Assembly: GCA_046498225.1 (NCBI GenBank) | Contig: JAWOBF010000045.1 | Coordinates: forward strand, 1 to 13,427 | Source: Candidatus Aegiribacteria sp. | Lineage (GTDB): Bacteria; Fermentibacterota; Fermentibacteria; Fermentibacterales; JCC-6 | Length of the DNA: 13,427 bases | Direction: 5' to 3' | Part shown: piece after piece, positions 1 through 8,459 of the stretch | Numbering within the stretch: the stretch's first letter is position 1 | Layout: every line of letters begins with the position of its first letter | Notes under the pieces: generated by a model | What the model saw: only the letters and a program-made list of their open reading frames with translations | Told to the model about the DNA's origin: nothing | Database searches by the model: none | Program-made: the position numbers and the translations under genes

Positions 1-465
1 ATACCGTTGAAAGTAGTGGCCACGGATTTCTGGAAGTCGGAACAGGTGGTGCTGTCCTCCGGTGATCTCATCGCGGCGGTGAAGGCCAGCATGGGACTTC
101 CGGGGATCTTTACGCCGGTGGAAATAGATGGCAGAGTGCTCATCGACGGCGGGGGAGTGAACCCTGTCCCGTGGGACGTTCTGGACGAGTGCGGAACCAC
201 GGTGGCCGTGGACGTACTGGGCCGGACCGAGGGCAAGGCTGACATATCTCCCAGGGCGGCGAGGGCCGTGATGGAGATGTTCGATATCATGCAGCGAACT
301 ATCGTAAGGGAGAAGATGGATCATTCCCGGCCGGACATCTACATCAGGCCGGATATTCAAGGGGTGGGCATACTGGAATTCCATCGGGCGGAGGAGATCT
401 ACGACTTCGCGGCATCCGCAGGGGAAGAACTGAGGATAGAACTTGAGAAGCTGAACCTCCCATGA
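1..465 (+). CDS. Patatin-like phospholipase (NTE/RssA-like), C-terminal part; 5'-truncated
   Basis: Frame is open from base 1 (IPLKVVATDFWKSE...), so the TTG at 7 is probably not the start. It contains patatin motifs ASMGLPGIF.P, the catalytic Asp motif LIDGG.VNPVP and PDIYIRP. The GxSxG motif would lie upstream of the window. The TGA stop overlaps the xdhA ATG (ATGA 462-465). Confidence 0.85.
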   Translation: MPLKVVATDFWKSEQVVLSSGDLIAAVKASMGLPGIFTPVEIDGRVLIDGGGVNPVPWDVLDECGTTVAVDVLGRTEGKADISPRAARAVMEMFDIMQRTIVREKMDHSRPDIYIRPDIQGVGILEFHRAEEIYDFAASAGEELRIELEKLNLP

Positions 466-1892
466 CGGTATCATTCCTGCTCAATGGAAAAGAGTGCGGG
501 ACCTCCCTTCCCCCGGGAGCGGTGGCGCTGGATCTTATTCGAGATGATGCTCAACTCACCGGAACCAGGGATGGCTGCAGGGAGGGTGACTGCGGCGCCT
601 GTACCGTGCTCCTGGGAACGCCTGGACCTGACGGTGTGCGCTACTCGGCCATGAATTCCTGCATTCTTCCCGTGGGTGAGCTTCCAGGCCGCCACCTGGT
701 GACCATCGAGGGGGTCTCCCCCGAAGAGGGGCTTTCAGCCGTGCAGGAGCCCTTCGTCGAGCATGGCGCCTCCCAGTGCGGTTTCTGCACTCCCGGCATG
801 GTGATGTCCCTGACCGGTTACCTGCTCTCCACCACGAAGCCGGATTTCTCCGGCGCAGTCAGATCGCTGGAAGGCAACATCTGCAGGTGTACCGGGTACA
901 TATCGGTGAGAAGAGCGGCGGCGGCGGCAGTGAACTCCACCGGCCCGTCCCCGGCCGGCAGTCCATTCAGCCGGGAACACCTGGAGCACCTGATCTCTCG
1001 GAACGTCATACCGGGCTATTTTCTGGACATCGAGAAGATCCTGGCGGAACCGAGAGAGCCGGAAAAAAGTGATGGCGCCGGTACGGCCGCCTGCCTTAAG
1101 GTAGCCGGCGGCACCGATCTGTTTGTCACCGGAGGTGAGGAACCTGTACGGAGAAATCTCAGGTTTCTGTCCAGGGAACCACAGCTCAGATACGTGAGAG
1201 AACAGGGCCGGGGACTCTTTCGAATAGGCGCCGCATCCACTGTGGAGGACCTCATCGAGAGCGGAATATTCAAGGGGACCGGCAACCTGCATGATTCCCT
1301 GCGGCTGATATCCTCGGCCCAGGTCCGCAGCAGGGCAACTGTAGGGGGAAATATCGTCAACGCCTCACCCATAGGGGACCTCACCATCATACTGCTTGCT
1401 CTGGAAGCTGTGCTCCGCATATCGGGCGATTCCGGTTTCAGGGAGATTCCCCTGAGAGATTTCTTCCGGGGTTACAAGGTCATCGATCTACATCCGGACG
1501 AACTGCTGGAAAGCGTCTGCTTCAGTAGACCCGGTTCCGAAGGAATGGTGAACTTCGAAAAGGTTTCCATGAGAAAGCACCTGGACATAGCCTCGGTGAA
1601 TACCGCTGCAGCTTTCCGGGTAACGGACCGGACAGTGAAAAAAGCCGTCATCTCCGCCGGCGGCGTCGCCCCCGTTCCTGCCGTTCTCAACAGCACCTGT
1701 GAATATCTTAGGAACAGGGATGTTAGCCCCGGAACCGTCCTGGACGCCTGCAGGACGGCAATGGAGGAGATATCCCCCATAACCGATGTCAGGGGTACCG
1801 CGGAGTACAAGCGTCTGCTGACCGGAAGGCTCCTGAAGGCGCATTTCCTGGAGCTGTTCCCGGAAATGCTGGAACCGGGAGACATCCTGTGA
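462..1892 (+). CDS. xdhA: Xanthine dehydrogenase small subunit (two [2Fe-2S] clusters + FAD)
   Basis: Fe-S motifs GCREGDCGACTV...NSC and QCGFCTPG...GNICRCTGY; FAD-domain motifs AGGTDL and QVRSRATVGGNIVNASPIGD; C-terminal PITDVRGTAEYK. Lies directly upstream of xdhB. Confidence 0.95.
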   Translation: MTVSFLLNGKECGTSLPPGAVALDLIRDDAQLTGTRDGCREGDCGACTVLLGTPGPDGVRYSAMNSCILPVGELPGRHLVTIEGVSPEEGLSAVQEPFVEHGASQCGFCTPGMVMSLTGYLLSTTKPDFSGAVRSLEGNICRCTGYISVRRAAAAAVNSTGPSPAGSPFSREHLEHLISRNVIPGYFLDIEKILAEPREPEKSDGAGTAACLKVAGGTDLFVTGGEEPVRRNLRFLSREPQLRYVREQGRGLFRIGAASTVEDLIESGIFKGTGNLHDSLRLISSAQVRSRATVGGNIVNASPIGDLTIILLALEAVLRISGDSGFREIPLRDFFRGYKVIDLHPDELLESVCFSRPGSEGMVNFEKVSMRKHLDIASVNTAAAFRVTDRTVKKAVISAGGVAPVPAVLNSTCEYLRNRDVSPGTVLDACRTAMEEISPITDVRGTAEYKRLLTGRLLKAHFLELFPEMLEPGDIL

Positions 1893-4159
1893 AGCATTTG
1901 GACGCTACCCTTCATGCAAGGGGCGAATCGGTTTTCGTGGGCGACCACAATCTGCCTGACAACGTGCTTCACGGAGCCCTGCTCACCTCGCCGGTTGCCC
2001 ACGGCACAATCACCGGACTGGATGCTTCCAGGGCAGCCGGGATGGAGGGGGTGGCAAGGATAATCACCTGGCAGGACGTTCCGGGGAAGAACCAGATAGG
2101 GAACATTATCCTCGATGAACCGCTTTTCGCGGAAACAGAGGTGAATTTTATCGGAGAACCGGTGGCCCTGGTGCTTGCCGATTCACCGCAGAAGGCGAGG
2201 GAGGCTGCCGACTCCATCGGACTGCAGATAAGTGGACTGCCGGCGGTCTTCGATCCCAGACGGGCCTTCGAGCTGGGAATGCTCATCGCTCCCCCCAGGA
2301 CCTTTTCCATGGGATCGATTGATGAGGGGCTGAAGAACTGTCATCACGTGTTCAGCGGCAGGGCGGATTCCGGCGGGCAGGAACACCTGTACCTGGAGAC
2401 CCAGCGGGCCTTCGCCGTTCCGGCGGAGAGAGGCTGCGTAAGGATACATTCCAGTACTCAGGGGCCCAGCTTCGTTCAGAAGGTGGCGGCAAGAGTTCTG
2501 GGAATTCCCATGCACAGGATAGAGGTCGACGTGGGCCGGCTTGGCGGAGCATTCGGAGGCAAGGAGGACCAGGCAACTCCCTGGGCGGTCATGGCGGCGC
2601 TGGGAGCCTATCTCACCGGAAGACCCGTGAAGGTAGAGCTGAGCAGGAAGGAGGATATGCGCTGGACCGGAAAGCGGCACCCCTACAGTTCGGACTACAG
2701 AATAGGGTTGAGTGAGGACGGTAAGATACTCTGCTGGGAAGTTACCTACTACCAGAACGGAGGCGCGGCCTCGGACCTGTCCACAGCTATTCTCGAGAGA
2801 ACCCTGTTCCACTCCACCGGCGCCTATTTCATTCCCGACGTCAGGGCCACCGGGATCAGCTGCCGGACCCATCTGCCTCCAAATACGGCTTTCAGGGGAT
2901 TCGGCGCTCCCCAGGCCATGTTCGTCATGGAATGCGCCATTCACCACGCCTCCCGCGAACTCGGAATGAAACCTTGGGAGATACAGGAGAGGAACCTGCT
3001 TAGCAGGGGTGACCGCTTACCCTACGGCATGACCTTCGAGGGAGATGAGCTCAGAAGGTCATGGACCCGAATCATGGATGACCTGAAACCGGACCGGCGT
3101 GACTGGCAGCGGGACGAACCCGGCAGCAGCGGAGCCCCGTTCAGAAAAGGGCTCTACTTCATGCCGGTCTGCTTCGGAATTTCCTTCACGAATACGTCCC
3201 TCAACCAGGCCACCGCCCTGGTCCACGTCTATACGGACGGAAGCGTGGGGGTCAGTACCGGCGCCGTGGAAATGGGACAGGGTGTTAACACCAAGATAGC
3301 GCAGATTGCAGCAAGGACCCTGGGCGTGGACATCTCCCGAATAAAAGTGGAAACCACAAACACCACCAGAGCGGCCAATTCTTCCCCCACCGCGGCCAGC
3401 ACCGGGACGGATATGAACGGTAACGCCACCAGGATAGCCTGCCAGTGCATTCTTGAACGGCTGGTTGCTTTCGCGGAGGATCATCTGAAGGTCCCGGATG
3501 GCTCGAACCTGGCGCTGCTGGACGGAACGGTGACAGTGAACGGCAAATGCTCCGGACTTCACTGGGAAGAGCTGGTGGAGCAGGCATACCTCGCCAGGGT
3601 GAGCCTCTCCTCCCAGGCGCATTACGCCACTCCGGACATACATTTCGACAGGGCATCGGAGAGAGGCAGGCCCTTCGCCTACCATGTGGCCGGGACCGCG
3701 GCAACTGAAGTCACGCTGGACTGCCTTCGGGGGACCTTCACCGTAGATTCGGTGAAAGTGGTGCACGATGCGGGTGAGAGCATAAACCCTCTGGTGGACA
3801 GGGGGCAGGTGGAAGGGGCTCTCCTTCAGGGTATCGGATGGCTTACCATGGAAGAACTGAAATACGCGGAGCCCTGCGGGGAACTCCTTTCCGACTCCCT
3901 GGCAACCTACAAGGTGCCTGACATATACTCGGCTCCCGAGGAAGTGCGTGTGGAGTTCCTGGAGAGCCGGGGAAAGAACGCCGGCGTCTATAACTCCAAG
4001 GCTGTGGGGGAGCCTCCGTTCATGTACGGGATAGGGACCTATTTCGCCCTGCTGGAAGCCATGGCGTCCTTCAGGCCGGGAATCCGGGCGGGCTACTCGG
4101 CCCCGATGAGCAACCGCAGGCTCCTCATGCTCCTGGAGGACGACCGGAACATCCCATGA
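1889..4159 (+). CDS. xdhB: Xanthine dehydrogenase molybdopterin-binding subunit
   Basis: GTG start overlaps the xdhA stop (GTGA). Motifs GGQEHLYLETQ, GGAFGGKE, ERTLFH, AFRGFG, GISFT, EMGQG, GQVEG and SKAVGEPP. These retain the equivalents of bovine XOR E802, R880, F914, F1009/T1010 and E1261, which supports a (hypo)xanthine substrate. Confidence 0.95.
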   Translation: MKHLDATLHARGESVFVGDHNLPDNVLHGALLTSPVAHGTITGLDASRAAGMEGVARIITWQDVPGKNQIGNIILDEPLFAETEVNFIGEPVALVLADSPQKAREAADSIGLQISGLPAVFDPRRAFELGMLIAPPRTFSMGSIDEGLKNCHHVFSGRADSGGQEHLYLETQRAFAVPAERGCVRIHSSTQGPSFVQKVAARVLGIPMHRIEVDVGRLGGAFGGKEDQATPWAVMAALGAYLTGRPVKVELSRKEDMRWTGKRHPYSSDYRIGLSEDGKILCWEVTYYQNGGAASDLSTAILERTLFHSTGAYFIPDVRATGISCRTHLPPNTAFRGFGAPQAMFVMECAIHHASRELGMKPWEIQERNLLSRGDRLPYGMTFEGDELRRSWTRIMDDLKPDRRDWQRDEPGSSGAPFRKGLYFMPVCFGISFTNTSLNQATALVHVYTDGSVGVSTGAVEMGQGVNTKIAQIAARTLGVDISRIKVETTNTTRAANSSPTAASTGTDMNGNATRIACQCILERLVAFAEDHLKVPDGSNLALLDGTVTVNGKCSGLHWEELVEQAYLARVSLSSQAHYATPDIHFDRASERGRPFAYHVAGTAATEVTLDCLRGTFTVDSVKVVHDAGESINPLVDRGQVEGALLQGIGWLTMEELKYAEPCGELLSDSLATYKVPDIYSAPEEVRVEFLESRGKNAGVYNSKAVGEPPFMYGIGTYFALLEAMASFRPGIRAGYSAPMSNRRLLMLLEDDRNIP

Positions 4160-4641
4160 AGAAACCCGGCAGGGCCCCGGACATGCTGAGGGGACTCCTG
4201 ATATACGCAACGGGTGATACCGCGGCGGCCCTCATCCTCTCCCAGTTCTCCCTCACCCGAATGGCGGGAATGATGGTGGTGGGAGCTACGGTCTACGCCC
4301 TGGAGATCCCCCGTTACTTCAGGTGGATTGACGCCAGGACCAGGGGCATGGATGGCATGGGAGGAGCCCTTTCAAGGACCGGGCTGGCAATGCTCTACTT
4401 CAATCCCCTCTGGATAGCCAGGCATCTTCTTTTTATTCAGGTCTTCTCGGGCCGCTGGAACAGCGTGAACTGGGACCTGCTCCGGATCGGACTCTATTCA
4501 TTCGCGGTGAACGTGCCGGTGGCTCTGGGAGCCAACTACCTGATCCAGAACCGGATACCTCTTAAATGGAGATTCTTCGCAAGCGCGGTCTTCTCGGCAC
4601 TCATGGCGGTGTACTACGCTTTGAGCCAGGTTATCTTCTGA
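4156..4641 (+). CDS. Mpv17/PMP22-family-like small integral membrane protein
   Basis: 161 aa with about 4 hydrophobic segments. Recognised by N-terminal IYATGDTAA, F...R..GM, YFRWID, LYFNP and C-terminal NYLIQNRIPLKWRFFASAVFSALMAVYYA, resembling the Mpv17 N...VP...R......F..Y pattern. ATG overlaps the xdhB stop (ATGA 4156-4159); alternative ATG at 4183. Confidence 0.7.
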   Translation: MKKPGRAPDMLRGLLIYATGDTAAALILSQFSLTRMAGMMVVGATVYALEIPRYFRWIDARTRGMDGMGGALSRTGLAMLYFNPLWIARHLLFIQVFSGRWNSVNWDLLRIGLYSFAVNVPVALGANYLIQNRIPLKWRFFASAVFSALMAVYYALSQVIF

Positions 4642-4644
4642 CCA

Positions 4645-6150
4645 TCACCGGATACCGAAGAAGTCTCTGATCCGTCCGAGGAGATGCTCCTTTCTTTCCG
4701 GGTGGCGGTCGCTCTCCTCCCCCTTCCTTTGGGGTACCACCCTGCCGGAAAGCTCTTCCAGCCTTCTGCCCAGCATTTCAGACAGGGGTTCAAGTATCGA
4801 TGACTCTTCCTCCAGGAGCCGGCTCATTCCGCTCTTTTCCACGACGATGACCTCGGTTTCGCACCTGGCGGTGACCGATGCTGAACGGGGCTCGCCGGTG
4901 AGAAGGCTCATCTCTCCGAAATAGTCCCCCGCGGCAAGGTTTGCGAGGTGCGAACTCCGGCCGGAACCGTCGGAAACGGTTATCTCCACTTCACCGCTGA
5001 TGATTATGAAGAGCGAGTCCCCGGAATCCCCCTGCCGCACCAGGGTTTCCCCCGCGGAGAAGGCGAACTTGGAGGAACTCTCCGCCAGTTCCTCCAACTG
5101 ACTGTCGGAAAGTGGTCTGAAAAGCTCCACATCCCTCAGCCCGTTCACGATCTCTCTCTTGAAGTCCTCCCTGGAGCCCTCCACCTGATGGGAGGATACC
5201 TGTCTGACCGTAACGTCCCTTATCGGGAATGGAATGGTCATCCCCGCCCTCTTGAGGGTGTACCATATCCTGGTCCGAACCACGTTCTTCAGTTCCGGTT
5301 CCCTGTGATACTCGTTTATCCAGAACCTTACTTCGTACCCGACGGAGTAGGCGTCGAAGCTGTCCAGGAAGACTCTGGGCGAGGGGAGTTCCAGAATGCC
5401 GTCCATCTTCTCAAGGCAGGAGATGATGACGCTCTTCACGCGGTCCGGCCGGCAGTCGTACGAAAGACCCACATTGAGCCTGCACATGTGGTTCCTGTCC
5501 GGCCTGGAATAGTTCATGACGATGTCCTTCGACACGGTGGCGTTGGGAATGATGAGGTTATCTCCGCTCCGGGTCCTTATGGTAAGTGTCCGCCAGTTCA
5601 TCTGAATGACAATACCTTCGTTGTCTCCCACGCTGACCCATTCACCCAGCTTGTAGGGCCGCTCCATCTGAAGGGCCAGCCCCGCGAACAGGTTGCCGAG
5701 AATATCCTGGAGGGACAGACCTATGACCGCGGCGAGAACGGTGGAAGATACCAGGAAGGCGGTAAGCTTGAGTCCGAATACCCCGTTCAGGACGGCTACG
5801 GCCACAATGGCCATCACCATGAAGTTGATGATGTCTATGACCAGCCTGGGTATGTGGACATCCACCTGTTTCTTGAGCAGATAATCCCAGAACAGCAGGT
5901 TGAGTATCCTCAGAACCAGATAGCTCGACAGCAGTATGACCGTGGCCAGGCCTATCTTGGAGAAAATGGAATCGCCGGGAACCCCGAACATCTTCATTAC
6001 CAGATATGAGGCTCCGGCGATACCGGCGAGGAAGATCCACAGCCTGAGCTTGCTGGCGGGAGCGTGCTTCCTGATGAACAGCAGGATGAGACCGGCGATG
6101 ATACCGATGAGAACGGCCAGACCGCCGTGCATCATCATCTGCGTGTCCAT
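4645..6150 (-). CDS. MscS-family mechanosensitive channel with C-terminal cNMP-binding domain (bCNG-like)
   Basis: About 5 N-terminal TM segments; MscS signature IGLSLQDILGNLFAGL..QMERPYKLGEWV, then WRTLTIRT, IIPNA and IPFP. C-terminal cNMP domain LVRQGDSGDSLFIIISGEVEI...YFGEMSLLTGEPRSASV. RBS GGAGGTG just upstream of the ATG at 6150. Confidence 0.92.
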   Translation of the reverse strand: MDTQMMMHGGLAVLIGIIAGLILLFIRKHAPASKLRLWIFLAGIAGASYLVMKMFGVPGDSIFSKIGLATVILLSSYLVLRILNLLFWDYLLKKQVDVHIPRLVIDIINFMVMAIVAVAVLNGVFGLKLTAFLVSSTVLAAVIGLSLQDILGNLFAGLALQMERPYKLGEWVSVGDNEGIVIQMNWRTLTIRTRSGDNLIIPNATVSKDIVMNYSRPDRNHMCRLNVGLSYDCRPDRVKSVIISCLEKMDGILELPSPRVFLDSFDAYSVGYEVRFWINEYHREPELKNVVRTRIWYTLKRAGMTIPFPIRDVTVRQVSSHQVEGSREDFKREIVNGLRDVELFRPLSDSQLEELAESSSKFAFSAGETLVRQGDSGDSLFIIISGEVEITVSDGSGRSSHLANLAAGDYFGEMSLLTGEPRSASVTARCETEVIVVEKSGMSRLLEEESSILEPLSEMLGRRLEELSGRVVPQRKGEESDRHPERKEHLLGRIRDFFGIR

Positions 6151-6261
6151 GGGCTCACCTCCAGTTCACTCATCATGTTGACCGTACAATAACCGAATCA
6201 GGAAAAGAATGAAATAGAGCGCAGCATGCCCGGCAGATGTCTTCGATAGAGCCCATCGGAC

Positions 6262-6531
6262 CTATTCGGTATCCGGCTTCTCCGTGTTCCTCACCACTAT
6301 GGTGCACCTGGCCACCAGCGCGGCTATGGCGCCTATAGATGCGTACACCGGTATAAGGGCCACTCCCAGGATCCCCATGGTCAGTGGAATCTCAATCAGG
6401 GTCCTGCCCTTCTCGTTCCTTATTATGATGTGCCTGACGTTCCCCTGGTGCACCAGTTCCTTCACTGTGGAGAGCAGATCGCTCCCGCTTACCTTGAATT
6501 CCCGTTCCTCTGTTCCCTTCTTCTCGGACAT
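6262..6531 (-). CDS. DUF4342-like small membrane-associated protein
   Basis: Pattern VKELVHQGNVRHIIIRN....LIEIPLT.G..G..L.P....IGAIAALV..CTIVV is typical of DUF4342. The ATG at 6531 is preferred over the TTG at 6534; a GGAGG RBS lies in the end of thiL. Confidence 0.8.
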   Translation of the reverse strand: MSEKKGTEEREFKVSGSDLLSTVKELVHQGNVRHIIIRNEKGRTLIEIPLTMGILGVALIPVYASIGAIAALVARCTIVVRNTEKPDTE

Positions 6532-6534
6532 CAA

Positions 6535-7497
6535 TCAAACCTCCATGTGATCGTAACCCACTGAACCGACATCAATCTCTTTACCATTCAGAAGAACCGT
6601 AAGTTCCCCACTTCCTCCTGTTGCCCTGCCGGCCACATTACAGCCAATTGCCGAAAGGTCCAGTTCCGGGGAGGCTCCGAACAGGAGCACGAAATCCTCC
6701 CCCGCTGCGGCGGCTTCCACCGGCCTTCTGCTGACCGAGGGGAAGAACAGCGATTCATCCAGCTCCAGTATTATGTCAACACCGCTCTCCAGGCTGAGGT
6801 GCTGAGCTTCAGAAAGCAGCCCGTCTGAGATATCGATGGCGCATCTGACGCCCATCTCCCTCAGCCGGCACCCGGTATCCAGCTCAGCCTCGGGCACAAG
6901 AAAAGCCCTCAGCTGATCTATCTCCTCCCGGGAGAACCCTTCATTCACCGGATTCAGCGGAGCGCCACTCATTCCGCCTGCTCTCTCAAGCATTTCCGGC
7001 GCTCCCAGCGCCCGGCCCACGGGGCCGCTGGTCCAGAGAACGTCACCGGGTTTCAGGGAAGACCTCCTGAGCAGTGTATTCGGGTCTCCTCCCTCACCGA
7101 TGGCGGTAAGGGTGATTCCGAATCGGCTGCCCCTCACGGTCTCTCCTCCTGCTATCCTCACTTCACTTCTTCGGGCGAGACCACTGTAGAAACCGTCCAG
7201 CCAGCCGGTTTCCATGTCCGGGTCCAGCGATACCGCCGGGAAAATCCATCCGGCTTTCGCGCCCATCGCGGCCAGGTCGGACAGGGTTGCTTCCAGCAGC
7301 CTTTTTCCCAGCACAGAGGCTGGGGCCCACCAGCGATGAAAATGGGTTCCTTCGAAAAAGCTGTCGGTGGTTACTACAGGGCATGCCAGTGAGGGCAGCA
7401 CGGCGCTGTCATCACCTATGTCCGAAAGGGCTGGAATGTTCTCCCTCATCCTTCTTATCAGACCTCTTTCGCCCAGGTCCGCTATCCTCCCGCTCAT
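6535..7497 (-). CDS. thiL: Thiamine-monophosphate kinase
   Basis: Start re-assigned to ATG 7497 (MSGRIADLGERGLI), 8 nt after the mtnP stop, with a GGAGAGG RBS. Motifs GE..LI, IGDDSAV, TTDSFFEGTHF, LSDLAAMGA, IDISDGL, GEDF.LLF and C-terminal GYDH. Confidence 0.88.
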   Translation of the reverse strand: MSGRIADLGERGLIRRMRENIPALSDIGDDSAVLPSLACPVVTTDSFFEGTHFHRWWAPASVLGKRLLEATLSDLAAMGAKAGWIFPAVSLDPDMETGWLDGFYSGLARRSEVRIAGGETVRGSRFGITLTAIGEGGDPNTLLRRSSLKPGDVLWTSGPVGRALGAPEMLERAGGMSGAPLNPVNEGFSREEIDQLRAFLVPEAELDTGCRLREMGVRCAIDISDGLLSEAQHLSLESGVDIILELDESLFFPSVSRRPVEAAAAGEDFVLLFGASPELDLSAIGCNVAGRATGGSGELTVLLNGKEIDVGSVGYDHMEV

Positions 7498-7505
7498 GGA
7501 ACGAT

Positions 7506-8372
7506 CTACCTCTCCAGAATGACCTTCAGATGTTCCTTCGCCAGGTAGCTTCGGTGTTCCGGCGCGGTGATGATCGCTCCCTGGATCGCCTCCTCCCCCC
7601 CGTGACAGTCGCACCGGGTCCTGGAAGGATCCAGCATTCCGAGCACGTTCTCCAGCGTCTTCCTTGCCCTGGCCGTATTCACCCTGATATTGTCCATGAC
7701 TGCCTCAACACTCACGTCGTCCTCGGTCTCGTGCCATACGTCGAAATCCGTGACCATGCACAGCGCGGCGTAGCAGATACCCGCCTCCCTGGCCAGCTTC
7801 GCTTCCGGAATGGCCGTCATGCCGATTATGGAGTGGCCCTGCCTTCGGTAGACCATGCTTTCCGCCCTGGTGGAAAAGGCCGGTCCCTCCATGCAGACCA
7901 GGGTTCCGCCGGAGTGTACGGTGGCCCCGGTCTTCTCCGCCGCGTTGTAGAGGTGGCGGGACAGATGGGGGCAGTACGGGTCGCCGAAACCGACATGACC
8001 CACCATTCCGCCGCCGAAATAGGTGGAGCGTCTGACACCCCTGGTCCGGTCGTAGAGCTGGTCGGGTATCACGAAATGTCTTGGCTCATATTCTTCCTGC
8101 AGGCTGCCCACGGCTGATATCGAGATAAGCTGCCTCACACCCACATGTTTCAGGGCGTAAATATTGGCGGCGTAGGGAACTTCCGAGGGCGAAAGGGTAT
8201 GTCCCGTTCCATGCCTGGGAAGGAAGACCAGAGGAATATCGTTGTAATCCGCCATGACCAGAGGAGCGGATGGCTTTCCGAACGGAGTCTCGGTATTCAT
8301 CTCCTGGTGAATTCTCACGCCTTCAAAGGAATAAACTCCCGAACCTCCGATGATACCGATGCGATTGTCCAT
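7506..8372 (-). CDS. mtnP: S-methyl-5'-thioadenosine phosphorylase
   Basis: Start re-assigned to ATG 8372 (MDNRIGIIGGSG) with RBS GAGGGGAG. Motifs LPRHG, ANIYALK, SAVGSL, EGPAFSTRAES, IGMT..PEAKLARE and VTDFD (D-x-D pattern of adenine-specific MTAP). Confidence 0.93.
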   Translation of the reverse strand: MDNRIGIIGGSGVYSFEGVRIHQEMNTETPFGKPSAPLVMADYNDIPLVFLPRHGTGHTLSPSEVPYAANIYALKHVGVRQLISISAVGSLQEEYEPRHFVIPDQLYDRTRGVRRSTYFGGGMVGHVGFGDPYCPHLSRHLYNAAEKTGATVHSGGTLVCMEGPAFSTRAESMVYRRQGHSIIGMTAIPEAKLAREAGICYAALCMVTDFDVWHETEDDVSVEAVMDNIRVNTARARKTLENVLGMLDPSRTRCDCHGGEEAIQGAIITAPEHRSYLAKEHLKVILER

Positions 8373-8459
8373 GATTCTCCCCTCTTTTGAATGAGATTCC
8401 GCCACGCATGTTTTATATATATACACTCGATGTGTGTGCGGCGAAAATCGGAAGGACGT
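8373..8459. promoter_or_regulatory. Putative divergent promoter region for mtnP and rlmN
   Basis: 87-bp gap between divergent starts with an AT-rich core (TTTTATATATATAC, about 8411-8424) flanked by imperfect inverted arms. Specific -35/-10 elements cannot be assigned confidently. Confidence 0.45.

Noticed and set aside
462..4159. Selenocysteine read-through or a selenium-dependent XDH
   Set aside because: The TGA codons fall at the natural protein ends and overlap the next start codons. No selenium accessory genes are in the window.
3059..4210. 383-aa minus-strand ORF, and other small ORFs overlapping xdhA/xdhB
   Set aside because: They lie almost entirely over highly conserved xdh genes and show no domain features.
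4948..6009. 353-aa plus-strand ORF
   Set aside because: Antisense shadow of the MscS-cNMP gene.
6151..6261. Terminator or small RNA between DUF4342 and MscS
   Set aside because: Only weak, short stems, a 7-bp repeat (ATAGAGC) and a weak minus-strand -10-like TATTGT are present, which is not enough to call a feature.
7287..8117. 276-aa plus-strand ORF
   Set aside because: Antisense to thiL and mtnP, with no motifs or RBS support.
8373..8459. TPP or SAM riboswitch upstream of mtnP-thiL
   Set aside because: The gap is too short and lacks the conserved core motifs of either riboswitch.
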